From: a virus
Lineage: Duplodnaviria; Caudoviricetes
Virus record (IMG/VR): IMGVR_UViG_3300017747_004654
Coordinates: 1-53,366 of that record
DNA length: 53,366 bases
Strand: one strand, 5' to 3'
This document shows, piece after piece, positions 9,431-18,353 of this stretch; positions within the stretch are counted from its first letter, which is position 1, and each line of letters starts with the position of its first letter. The position numbers were made by a program, and so were the translations under genes. A model generated the notes under the pieces. It searched no databases. It worked only from the letters and a program-made list of their open reading frames with translations, and was not told the origin of the DNA.

Positions 9431-10288
9431 ATGAAAATCGCACATTCTAAGTACCGTAATACTGGAATATTATTTGAAATTCTAATACGCCAAGTAACAT
9501 CTGATACTTTATCTGGAAAAGATTCCTCAGCATTGCCTATTATTAAAAAGTATTTTACTAAAACTGAACTTAGTAAAGAATATAGATTATATGAAACTTT
9601 ATTTAAAAATAAAAACCTTTCAGAATCAAAAGCAGAAATACTTATAAATACTTTATTGGAAGCTTCAACTAAATTAAATAAAACTTCATTAAGAAAACAA
9701 AAATATAATCTTATAAAAGAATTAAAAGAACATTATAATTTAGATGAATTATTTAAAACTAAATTACCAAATTATAAATTCCAAGCTGCATTTTTTATTC
9801 TTATAGAAAGTAAAAATTCTAAAGAAAATATAGATACTGAACAAGTATTTAATAATAAAATTACTTTATTAGAATCTTTAACTTCTTCAAAAATTAATAA
9901 AGAAGTCCCAAAGCCAACAGTACTTGATGAATTTAATGATTATGATAAAGATACTAGAATATTAACATATAAAATATTACTAGAAAAATTCAATAACAAG
10001 TATAAAAATTTAAGTGATAGACAAAAAAATATTTTAAAAGAATATATTAATTCTATAGATTCTACTCCAAAATTAAAAGAATTTTACAATCAAAATATTT
10101 TTGAATTAAAAACTGAAATTGTAGAATTAAATAAAAAAGTTAAAGATAAATCTGTTAGTATTAAGTTAAATGAAGTGGTTAAATTATTAAAAGAAATTGA
10201 TAAAACTTCTTCTATTAAAAGTGATGATATAGTAAATTTATTACAATATTATGATTTATTAAACGAATTAAAAGTAGTTAATAAATGA
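9431..10288 (+). CDS. Head-module hypothetical protein
   Basis: Long helical ORF between portal and protease; HSKYRNTGILFE N-terminus; ATG 9431 preferred over TTG 9428. Confidence 0.6.
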   Translation: MKIAHSKYRNTGILFEILIRQVTSDTLSGKDSSALPIIKKYFTKTELSKEYRLYETLFKNKNLSESKAEILINTLLEASTKLNKTSLRKQKYNLIKELKEHYNLDELFKTKLPNYKFQAAFFILIESKNSKENIDTEQVFNNKITLLESLTSSKINKEVPKPTVLDEFNDYDKDTRILTYKILLEKFNNKYKNLSDRQKNILKEYINSIDSTPKLKEFYNQNIFELKTEIVELNKKVKDKSVSIKLNEVVKLLKEIDKTSSIKSDDIVNLLQYYDLLNELKVVNK

Positions 10289-10638
10289 AACGTGATCAAT
10301 TAAAAGAAATAGTAAAGAAAAAACTTCAAGAGAATGGAGATGCAGTGGCTGCATTAAGAGATAAAAATTTAAAAGAAGTATTATCTCCTATGAAATTAGC
10401 AGATTTATTAGCTAAAGAAGGAGTTATTAAAGATGAATTTTTAGACATGAGAGGTGGAGCATCATCTAAACTTGGATTCATATTAGACAAATGTATTAAA
10501 GAATTAGAAATAGTAAAAGAAATATCTTCTACTGGGGGTGGAGCTTCTTTCACTCCAGGAGTTGGAGAACAATATGCTACACCAAAAGCATTTAATGGAA
10601 AGAAAAAACTTCCAATAATTAGAAAACCATTAAGATAA
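10285..10638 (+). CDS. Putative prohead core/internal protein
   Basis: MKRDQLKEIVKKKLQE leader; position in the head module. Confidence 0.5.
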   Translation: MKRDQLKEIVKKKLQENGDAVAALRDKNLKEVLSPMKLADLLAKEGVIKDEFLDMRGGASSKLGFILDKCIKELEIVKEISSTGGGASFTPGVGEQYATPKAFNGKKKLPIIRKPLR

Positions 10639-10642
10639 TTCA

Positions 10643-10651
10643 ATATTTATA
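10643..10651 (+). promoter_or_regulatory. Late-type motif ATATTTATA
   Basis: Exact motif only 3 nt upstream of ATG 10655. Confidence 0.6.
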
Positions 10652-10654
10652 ATC

Positions 10655-10903
10655 ATGAATAATTCTCGTAAAATAAAAGATTTAAAAATTAAAATTGCTA
10701 ATCTTGAATTAGAAATCAGATCACTGCTAGATGCAGGAAAATCTGAGCCCGGCATTATAGACGCTATAGCTGCGGATATAAGCGATTTTACTGACGAGAT
10801 TATGAAAGTAAAAAAAGAACTAAAAAGTATGGGAGTTAAAATTGATGAATCCATTAAATTAGTTGATTTATATGAAGATTTAACAAAAAATAAAAACAAT
10901 TAA
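10655..10903 (+). CDS. Small coiled-coil protein, possibly internal head protein
   Basis: Own upstream motif; C-terminal IDESIKLVDLYE resembles the KLxDIL.E tag. Confidence 0.5.
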   Translation: MNNSRKIKDLKIKIANLELEIRSLLDAGKSEPGIIDAIAADISDFTDEIMKVKKELKSMGVKIDESIKLVDLYEDLTKNKNN

Positions 10904-10909
10904 TCATAA

Positions 10910-11950
10910 ATGAAAACACTACAAGAACAATATAATTTAATTAAAGAAGGAAAAGGTAATAAAGATTTTTTCATGAAATCTACTTTAACTCAATTTCCTA
11001 ATTTAGTTAATAAATTTACTTCATTTAACTCAGCAATTCAAATATTATCTACAAAAGGTATTATTTCTGAAGGAATAGGAGGATTAGTATGTAAACCTGA
11101 AAAAGAACCAGATTGGTTTTCTATTTTTAAAGAAAATATAAATGAAGAATATGGTCATCAAGAAGCTAAAGCTGAAGAAAAAAAACCAACTAAAGATGTA
11201 GTTGATACTGAGATTGAAGGATATGATTATAAAGATTTAGATAACATAGATAATATCTATGGTGAACAATTTTTAAAAGGATTTTATACTGAAATGAGAG
11301 ATCCTAAAAATGAGGAAAAATCTGTAGAAGATCTTAAAAAAATTGTAGCTAAAAATTTAAAAAAAGATAGATTACACTATGTAAAGGATGGTCAATTTGG
11401 AGTTAAAGGATTAGGATATACTGAAGATGCACCTGGCTTAGGTATTCCAAAAGAAGCAAAAGGTAAATATAAAAGTAGTGGATATGGTACTTTGAAAGAA
11501 AACCAAGAAAAAAAACTAACTGAAAATTACATGATTTCTAAATCTGGTTCTAAAACAAATCCTTCATATGTTATAGAAAAAACAGACGGATCTGAACAAA
11601 TAAATATGTTTTTTGATTCTGAAGAAAAAGCTAAAGAATACGCTGATAAAAAAGGATTAAAAATTAGCCCTAAAAAGGGATATAATATGGAAGAATCATT
11701 AGATGAATATAAAAGCACATTAGGTGATTTTGATGGATCTGGTTTAATAGTAGTAGGTTCTACTCAACTAAATAACAATGCTATAGGTGATATGCTAGAA
11801 GAAACTGATTTTTATGGTATTTGGAATACTAGAGAAGGATATTGGTTTTTTCCAGAAGCAGAAGAAACTTTAGATATTTTAGAAAAAGAATTAGAACAAG
11901 AATTTATTCAAAGAGGAATTAGCGCTAGATTTGAAGGACAATATTATTAA
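10910..11950 (+). CDS. Acidic prohead core/internal head protein
   Basis: Directly upstream of the protease; many (L/I)xE sites (LIKE, ISE, INE, LKE, LTE). Confidence 0.55.
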   Translation: MKTLQEQYNLIKEGKGNKDFFMKSTLTQFPNLVNKFTSFNSAIQILSTKGIISEGIGGLVCKPEKEPDWFSIFKENINEEYGHQEAKAEEKKPTKDVVDTEIEGYDYKDLDNIDNIYGEQFLKGFYTEMRDPKNEEKSVEDLKKIVAKNLKKDRLHYVKDGQFGVKGLGYTEDAPGLGIPKEAKGKYKSSGYGTLKENQEKKLTENYMISKSGSKTNPSYVIEKTDGSEQINMFFDSEEKAKEYADKKGLKISPKKGYNMEESLDEYKSTLGDFDGSGLIVVGSTQLNNNAIGDMLEETDFYGIWNTREGYWFFPEAEETLDILEKELEQEFIQRGISARFEGQYY

Positions 11951-11959
11951 AATTATCCC

Positions 11960-12592
11960 ATGAAACAAATTTTAAAAGAATATCATTCATTTAATTCAAA
12001 ACCCTTAACAATAAACGAAGCCTTATCAAAACAAGGTGGTAATTTATTTGTTGAAGGTATTTTGGCTACTGTAGAAGAAAAAAATGGTAATGGAAGATAT
12101 TATAAAAAAGAATTATGGGAAAGAGAAATTGAAAAATTTCAACAAAAAATAAATAACCACACCACTGAAACCTGTGGAGAACTAGACCACCCCGATAGTC
12201 AAATAATTAATTTAAAAAATGCATCTCATGCTGTTAGAAAATTATGGTGGGAGGGTGATGTAATTAAAGGATTATTAGAAATATTTTGTGCTGAAGATAG
12301 AAGAGGGAATGTTGCTGGTAGAATAGCAGGTTCATTTTTTTATAATAATTTATTAACTGGTATTTCTTCTCGTGGTATGGGTTCACTTAAACAAGTGGGT
12401 GAAATTTTAGAAGTACAAGATGATTTTGAACTATTAACCTGGGATCTAGTAAGTAATCCTTCAAACCACGGATCATACATGTCTCCAGTTAGTTTAAATG
12501 AAGGAGCAAATTCAGTATATGATCCTTATCATAAAGTAAATTCAATATTGAAAGATATTTTATGTTCTAATGGATCTTGCCCCATAATTTAA
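11960..12592 (+). CDS. Prohead maturation protease (T4 gp21-like)
   Basis: NGNGR.Y, GELDHP, GISSRGMGS, WDLVSNPS. Confidence 0.93.
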   Translation: MKQILKEYHSFNSKPLTINEALSKQGGNLFVEGILATVEEKNGNGRYYKKELWEREIEKFQQKINNHTTETCGELDHPDSQIINLKNASHAVRKLWWEGDVIKGLLEIFCAEDRRGNVAGRIAGSFFYNNLLTGISSRGMGSLKQVGEILEVQDDFELLTWDLVSNPSNHGSYMSPVSLNEGANSVYDPYHKVNSILKDILCSNGSCPII

Positions 12593-12618
12593 CATTATTT
12601 AAAAAATATTTTAAAATT

Positions 12619-12645
12619 AAGATACATTTATGTATCTTTTTTTTT
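12619..12645 (+). terminator. Rho-independent terminator
   Basis: AAGATACA/TGTATCTT stem plus T run. Confidence 0.7.
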
Positions 12646-12692
12646 CTTTTTTTCGATTTTAATCTTTTTTCGGGTATGTATGGATATACAAT

Positions 12693-12777
12693 ATGCTACG
12701 TCCTGTAGTATTAACCGAAAACTAATCCCCATTATACTTTTTTAATAAGTATATTTCCAAAAACAAATTTTAGGAAA
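12693..12777 (+). promoter_or_regulatory. Structured 5' leader of the scaffold gene
   Basis: Three hairpins: 12693-12711, 12733-12753 and 12754-12777, the last abutting the ATG. Confidence 0.45.
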
Positions 12778-13770
12778 ATGAACAGAGATTTTTTAAAAGA
12801 AGCTATCGCTGATGCGAAGACAATCAAAGAAACAGCAATTGTGAATGCTAAAAAAGCTTTAGAAGAAACTTTTACCCCCCATTTACAATCCATGCTTTCT
12901 GCAAAAATTTCAGAAATAGAAGAAGCTGATCTAGAAGAAAATGAACTAGAAGAAGTAGAAGCTATAGATGAAATGGACAAAGAAATGGATGAAATGATGA
13001 AAAATGAAGATGAAAATCTAACTTATGAAACAGAAATGAAAAAAGGTAAAGATTTAGAAGAAGTAGATTTAGATGAACTATTAGCTGAACTAGAAAATGT
13101 TAATGAAGCTGAAGAAGAAATGGATGACACAGAAATGGATTCTGAAATGGATGATATGGATATAGATTCTAAAATGTCTGAAGAAGAATTTAGCATTGAA
13201 GACATGTCTGAAGAAGAATTAGTTTCATTTATTGAAAATGTAATTGAAGACATGATTAAAAGTGGTGAGCTAGAAGCTGGTGAATCAATGGAAAGTGAAG
13301 AAGAATTAGATGAAGAAATCAATTTAGAAGCACTTTTTAATGAAGAAGAAGAAATGGAAGAAGCTTATGAAGAAGATAAAATGATGGAAGCTTTAAAAAA
13401 CAAACTAAAAACAACTGAAACTGAACTTAAAGAAGCATATAGTGCTATCAACGAGATGAAGAATCAGTTAAATGAAGTAAATCTTTTAAATGCTAAATTG
13501 CTTTACGTTAACAAAATTTTCAAAGCTAAAACATTATCTGAAGGCCAAAAATTAGATGTTTTAACAGCATTTGATAAAGCAACAAATGTTAAAGAAGTAA
13601 AATTAATTTTTGAAACCCTTCATACCAATTTCAAAACATCAAAAACTCCAATTAAAGAAAATAGAATTGGATTTGCTTCAAAACCAACACAAGTTGTATC
13701 AAACCAAAAACCAATTATGGAAGTTGATGCTTTAGTAACCAAATTCCAAAAATTAGCAGGTATTATTTAA
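12778..13770 (+). CDS. Prohead scaffold protein (gp22-like)
   Basis: Highly acidic coiled-coil protein between protease and capsid; C-terminal KFQKLAGII. Confidence 0.85.
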   Translation: MNRDFLKEAIADAKTIKETAIVNAKKALEETFTPHLQSMLSAKISEIEEADLEENELEEVEAIDEMDKEMDEMMKNEDENLTYETEMKKGKDLEEVDLDELLAELENVNEAEEEMDDTEMDSEMDDMDIDSKMSEEEFSIEDMSEEELVSFIENVIEDMIKSGELEAGESMESEEELDEEINLEALFNEEEEMEEAYEEDKMMEALKNKLKTTETELKEAYSAINEMKNQLNEVNLLNAKLLYVNKIFKAKTLSEGQKLDVLTAFDKATNVKEVKLIFETLHTNFKTSKTPIKENRIGFASKPTQVVSNQKPIMEVDALVTKFQKLAGII

Positions 13771-13809
13771 AAACAAAAACAAACTAAAAACAATTAAAAA
13801 CTAAACAAA

Positions 13810-15438
13810 ATGTCAAACACGATTCAAAATCTTTTAGAATCATCAAACCCATGGCAGTCATTGCAAAATGATGCTGCACGTTTGGCTTCTAAATGGACCA
13901 AAACAGGCTTACTTGAAGGCCTTAATGGAGAAATTGAAAAAAATAACATGTCACTTCTCCTTGAAAATCAAGCAAAACAATTACTTATTGAATCTTCACT
14001 TTCAGGTGGTGGTGTAGCTGGTGCTAGCTTTACAGTAGGTACTGGTGAACAATGGGCTGGAATTGCTCTTCCAATGGTAAGAAAAGTATTTGGACAAATT
14101 TCTTCTAAAGAATTTGTTTCTGTACAACCAATGAACTTACCTTCTGGTCTTGTATTCTTCCTAGATTTCCAATATGGAACTACTAAAGCTCCATTTACAT
14201 CTGGTACTTCACTTTATGGTACCACTTCAGGATCAGCTGATGCTTCAGGTGGTCTTTATGGTGGTGGTAGATTTACTTATTCTACTAACAACACTCAATC
14301 ACTTAATCCATCAGTTGCAGTAGTTACTGCTTCTTGGTCTGACTTTAATTTTGATTCAGCATATTCTGCTTCAGCAGTAAATGATGAGTATAAAAAAATA
14401 ACAGTTACTTTAGGTGCTGGTAGTAATGCTGATTTTAATGGTGTTAGAGGATTTACCTTTACTTCAGGTAGTCAAGTTACAGTTGCAAATAACCTTCCAG
14501 CATTTACTACAACTAATAATACTTCAACCGTATCATTTATTATAACAGGATCTGTTATTCCATCTGTTGCTACATTGAGTAATGCAACTTGTTCTTTCCA
14601 AACTCAACCTTTGGATAACAAGAGAGGTGATTTTGAAGATGGAAACACTACACTTAATGGTAACAACAACCCAATTGTAATTCCTGAACTTAACATTCAA
14701 ATGAGAAGTGAAGCTATTACTGCTAAAACTAAAAAGTTAAAAGCTGTATGGACTCCTGAATTTGCTCAAGACTTGAATGCTTATCAAAATTTGGATGCTG
14801 AATCTGAATTGACTAGCATTATGAGTGAATATGTTTCATTAGAAATTGACCTTGAAATTCTTGACATGTTAATTGAAAATGCTCCTAGCGTAGAATATTG
14901 GTCAGCTATTAACAACCAAGCAATTACTAGCGCTACAGGTGATGGTACATTTAATAACAGTTTAGGATTTTATAACACTCAAGGTGGATGGTTCCAAACA
15001 TTGGGCACTAAAATTCAGAAACTTAGCAACGTTATTCATCAGAAAACTCTTCGTGGTGGAGCTAATTTCTTAGTATGTTCTCCAACAGTAGCAACAGTTA
15101 TTGAATCAATTGCTGGATTTGCTTCTAACACTGATGGTGATGCTCACAAACAAAAATATGCGTTTGGTGTACAAAAAGCTGGTCAATTAAATGGTCGCTA
15201 TACTGTATACAAAAACCCATATATGCAAGAAAATACAATCTTGTTGGGATATAAAGGAAACCAATTCCTTGAAACTGGTGCTGTATTTGCTCCATATGTT
15301 CCATTGATTATGACTCCTCTTGTATACGATCCTGATACCTTTACTCCAAGAAAAGGTCTCTTGACTCGTTATGCTAAAAAGATGGTTCGTCCTGAATTCT
15401 ATGCTAAGATTTATGTTAGTGGTTTGAATACCCTATAA
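13810..15438 (+). CDS. Major capsid protein (T4 gp23-like)
   Basis: VSVQPM..PSGLVF, KLKAVWTPEFAQDL, LEID.EIL, APYVPL, F.PRKGLLTRY. Confidence 0.96.
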   Translation: MSNTIQNLLESSNPWQSLQNDAARLASKWTKTGLLEGLNGEIEKNNMSLLLENQAKQLLIESSLSGGGVAGASFTVGTGEQWAGIALPMVRKVFGQISSKEFVSVQPMNLPSGLVFFLDFQYGTTKAPFTSGTSLYGTTSGSADASGGLYGGGRFTYSTNNTQSLNPSVAVVTASWSDFNFDSAYSASAVNDEYKKITVTLGAGSNADFNGVRGFTFTSGSQVTVANNLPAFTTTNNTSTVSFIITGSVIPSVATLSNATCSFQTQPLDNKRGDFEDGNTTLNGNNNPIVIPELNIQMRSEAITAKTKKLKAVWTPEFAQDLNAYQNLDAESELTSIMSEYVSLEIDLEILDMLIENAPSVEYWSAINNQAITSATGDGTFNNSLGFYNTQGGWFQTLGTKIQKLSNVIHQKTLRGGANFLVCSPTVATVIESIAGFASNTDGDAHKQKYAFGVQKAGQLNGRYTVYKNPYMQENTILLGYKGNQFLETGAVFAPYVPLIMTPLVYDPDTFTPRKGLLTRYAKKMVRPEFYAKIYVSGLNTL

Positions 15439-15457
15439 TAAATTAGAAATCTAAAAT

Positions 15458-15495
15458 AGAAGGGCATCAATTATTTGATGCCTTTCTTTTTTTTT
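15458..15495 (+). terminator. Rho-independent terminator after the capsid gene, overlapping a host-type promoter
   Basis: AGAAGGGCATCAA-ttat-TTGATGCCTTTCT plus T run; TTTG(15474)-N19-TATATTTA. Confidence 0.85.
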
Positions 15496-15561
15496 ATATA
15501 TTTACATATATAATTTTGTTATTTATAGTTATTTTATTATATTTATTAATAAATAAAATTT

Positions 15562-16476
15562 ATGATTGAAACTCCTAGCCAATTGCCAATATCTAGTTAT
15601 GTAATGAATTTTCCATTTTCTCTAGATACAAAGAATCCAAATAATATATGGATGAATGAATTAAGTGAAGAAGAATTAAAAGTAAATAGACCTAAAGCCT
15701 ATAAGCAGTTTATGGATCTTTATAATTTTTTAGCCGGGAATAGTTTAGTATATCTCCTTCCTAGTTATGGTAATTATCAAGATCAAGTATATGTTGCTAA
15801 TCTAGGAATATACCTTCCACACATAGAAGATTCAAATAATATAATTTTATCAAATTATACCTCTAAACCTAGACGTGGTGAAGAAAATGTTGGGGAAGAT
15901 TTTTTTAATTTAATGAATTATAAAACGCATAAATGTCCTTATTATTGGGAAGGTGAGGCCGATTTGAAGTTCTTGCGTAATAACGTTTATATTGGCGGTT
16001 ATAACATAAGATCTAATGTTGAGGCATACAAATGGATGGAAGAAAATTTCAAAATGAAAATTATACCATTAGAAATGGTAGATGAATATTTATATCACTT
16101 AGATTGTTCTATATTTCCTATCAATAATAATAAAACAATAATTTGTACAGAATTATATAAACCAGATGAAATTAAACAATTAGAAGAATATACTGAAATT
16201 ATAGATATTAATATAGATGAAGCATATAGTGGTATTACAAATTCTGTAAGAATGGGCAACATGATTTTATGTGCTTCAAATATATCTGAATTGAAAAAAA
16301 CCCATGAATATTATAATTATGAAAAAAACAAAATAGAAATCTTAGAAAAAATATGTTCCAATGAAGGTATGGAACCAATCATATTTAATCTATCAGAATA
16401 TATGAAATCTGGGGCCATGTTGAGTTGTATGATTTTTCATCTTAATAGAGTTGACCAAAATAAAAAATTATTATAA
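15562..16476 (+). CDS. Amidinotransferase/DDAH/arginine deiminase-family enzyme
   Basis: DQVYVAN, EGEAD, YHLD, SGAMLSC (His/Asp/Cys set of the pentein fold). Confidence 0.8.
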   Translation: MIETPSQLPISSYVMNFPFSLDTKNPNNIWMNELSEEELKVNRPKAYKQFMDLYNFLAGNSLVYLLPSYGNYQDQVYVANLGIYLPHIEDSNNIILSNYTSKPRRGEENVGEDFFNLMNYKTHKCPYYWEGEADLKFLRNNVYIGGYNIRSNVEAYKWMEENFKMKIIPLEMVDEYLYHLDCSIFPINNNKTIICTELYKPDEIKQLEEYTEIIDINIDEAYSGITNSVRMGNMILCASNISELKKTHEYYNYEKNKIEILEKICSNEGMEPIIFNLSEYMKSGAMLSCMIFHLNRVDQNKKLL

Positions 16477-17195
16477 TGGCTAAAACTTTAGAAAAATGGT
16501 TATCTACGGATGTTGCAAAAGCTGAAAAATTAGGAATAACCAAGTTATCGACTGAATTCTTTTTTAGAGATCCACCTCGTCCAAATTATATAGATCACGA
16601 ATATTTTTACTCACCGGCTGATGGTGTAATTTTATATCAAAAATTCATTAATAATCCTATTGATCCTGTAGTTGAAATAAAAGGTATAGATTATACCTTA
16701 CAGGATATTATGAATGATTCTGATTATGATAAACCATCTTTAGTAATAGGTGTTTTTATGAGTTTTTATGATCCTCATATTATAAGAACACCATATAGTG
16801 GTATAATTCAATATAAAAGTTTAGAACCAATTGAATCAACAAATAGACCAATGTTAGCTGTTGAAAAAGATATTTTAAATGAAGCAATTAATCCTAATAA
16901 TTTAGGATATCTTAAGTATAATGAACGAATGTTAGTTAAAATATATTCACCTTCATTAGATTATACTTATTATATGTGTTTAATAGCTGATGAAGATGTA
17001 AATGTCATAATGCCTTTTACAATAGAACAAAATGAATCTTTTTCTCAAAATCAAAGATTTGCTTTAGTAAGATGGGGTTCACAAACAGAAATAATTTTAC
17101 CTTTTGATGATAGATATGAATTTGAATTATGTCAAAATAATCATATGCATATAGAAGCTGGTTTAGATACAATTGTAAAAATTACTCATAAATAA
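16476..17195 (+). CDS. Phosphatidylserine decarboxylase-like pyruvoyl enzyme
   Basis: FFFRDP, YSPADG, MS.YDPH...P, RWGSQT putative self-cleavage site; TAATG coupling to the upstream gene. Confidence 0.7.
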   Translation: MAKTLEKWLSTDVAKAEKLGITKLSTEFFFRDPPRPNYIDHEYFYSPADGVILYQKFINNPIDPVVEIKGIDYTLQDIMNDSDYDKPSLVIGVFMSFYDPHIIRTPYSGIIQYKSLEPIESTNRPMLAVEKDILNEAINPNNLGYLKYNERMLVKIYSPSLDYTYYMCLIADEDVNVIMPFTIEQNESFSQNQRFALVRWGSQTEIILPFDDRYEFELCQNNHMHIEAGLDTIVKITHK

Positions 17196-17207
17196 ATTTA
17201 TAAATTT

Positions 17208-17897
17208 ATGTCTCAACAAAATAATGAAGATACTTTTTCTAATAAAAGAAAACCTAAAGGTCCTATAAAATTTAAATTAGAATTAAACGAAGAACAAAAA
17301 GAAGCCAAACAAATTATTCTTGACAACCCAGTAACACTTATTAAAGGTATGGCTGGATCAGGTAAAACATTACTTGCTTGTCAAATAGCTTTAGATATGA
17401 CTTTTAAAAGAGAAATTGAAAAAATTATAATTACTCGTCCCACTGTATCTAAAGAAGAAATTGGATTTTTACCAGGTGATTTAAAAGAAAAAATGGATCC
17501 TTGGTTAGCACCTATTTATTCTAATTTATATCTATTATATGATAAAGAAAAAATAGATAAAATGGTTCAAGAAAATCAAATTGAAATAGTTCCATTTGCA
17601 TTTATGCGTGGTCGAACTTTTCCAAATTCTATTGTTATAGTAGATGAATGTCAAAATATTACTAATCAACAAACAGAAATGATGCTAGGTCGTTTAGGTA
17701 AAGGTGGTAAAATTATATTTTGTGGAGATTTATCCCAAGTAGATTTAAAAAGTAAAAAAGATTCAGGTATTAGTTTTTTTGCTCGTTTAGAAGAACGAAT
17801 TAAAGGAGTTAAAATTATCACTTTAAAGAAAAATCATCGTCACGAAATTGTTGAGGAGATATTAAAAACATATGAGGATTATAGGGATATTCAATAA
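17208..17897 (+). CDS. phoH: PhoH-family ATPase
   Basis: GMAGSGKT, GFLPGDL.EK, FMRGRTF, VDECQN, GD..QVDL, RH. Confidence 0.93.
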   Translation: MSQQNNEDTFSNKRKPKGPIKFKLELNEEQKEAKQIILDNPVTLIKGMAGSGKTLLACQIALDMTFKREIEKIIITRPTVSKEEIGFLPGDLKEKMDPWLAPIYSNLYLLYDKEKIDKMVQENQIEIVPFAFMRGRTFPNSIVIVDECQNITNQQTEMMLGRLGKGGKIIFCGDLSQVDLKSKKDSGISFFARLEERIKGVKIITLKKNHRHEIVEEILKTYEDYRDIQ

Positions 17898-17908
17898 AAA
17901 CTAAACAT

Positions 17909-17938
17909 AAGTCATTCAATAAAAAAATGGCTTTTTTT
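17909..17938 (+). terminator. Probable terminator
   Basis: AAGTCATT/AATGGCTT stem plus T run. Confidence 0.5.
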
Positions 17939-17948
17939 CTGTCTTTTA

Positions 17949-17957
17949 ATATTTATA
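17949..17957 (+). promoter_or_regulatory. Late-type motif ATATTTATA
   Basis: Exact motif 15 nt upstream of ATG 17973. Confidence 0.65.
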
Positions 17958-17972
17958 ACAAAAATATATTTC

Positions 17973-18353
17973 ATGGCTGCTGGTAGATATTCATTCACTA
18001 TAGAACAAGGCTCAACTCTAAATTTAGAATTACAATATAAAGATGCTAATGGAAATCCTATTAACCTTACTGACTATAGTGGTAAAATGCAAATTAGAGA
18101 AAGTGTCTCTTCACCCACAGCCTATATTACTTTAAGTAGTTCATTAAAACCAGATGGTACTGGTTTAAATTTTAGTGGTTCAAACGGAACTACACCTCCA
18201 ATATCCGGTTCAATAGGAGTATATATTTCAGCTGCCTCATCTTCTGCTCTGAATTTTTCAACTGGAGTATATGATTTGGAGATAGCTTCAGGAAGTATTG
18301 TGACAAGAATTTTAGAAGGTCAAGTTAAATTATCACTTAATGTTACTCGATAA
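17973..18353 (+). CDS. Virion structural protein (Ig-like fibre adaptor, BppU-N-like)
   Basis: IEQG.T...PINLT.Y...MQIR...YDLEI...RILEG pattern typical of phage fibre adaptors. Confidence 0.6.
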   Translation: MAAGRYSFTIEQGSTLNLELQYKDANGNPINLTDYSGKMQIRESVSSPTAYITLSSSLKPDGTGLNFSGSNGTTPPISGSIGVYISAASSSALNFSTGVYDLEIASGSIVTRILEGQVKLSLNVTR

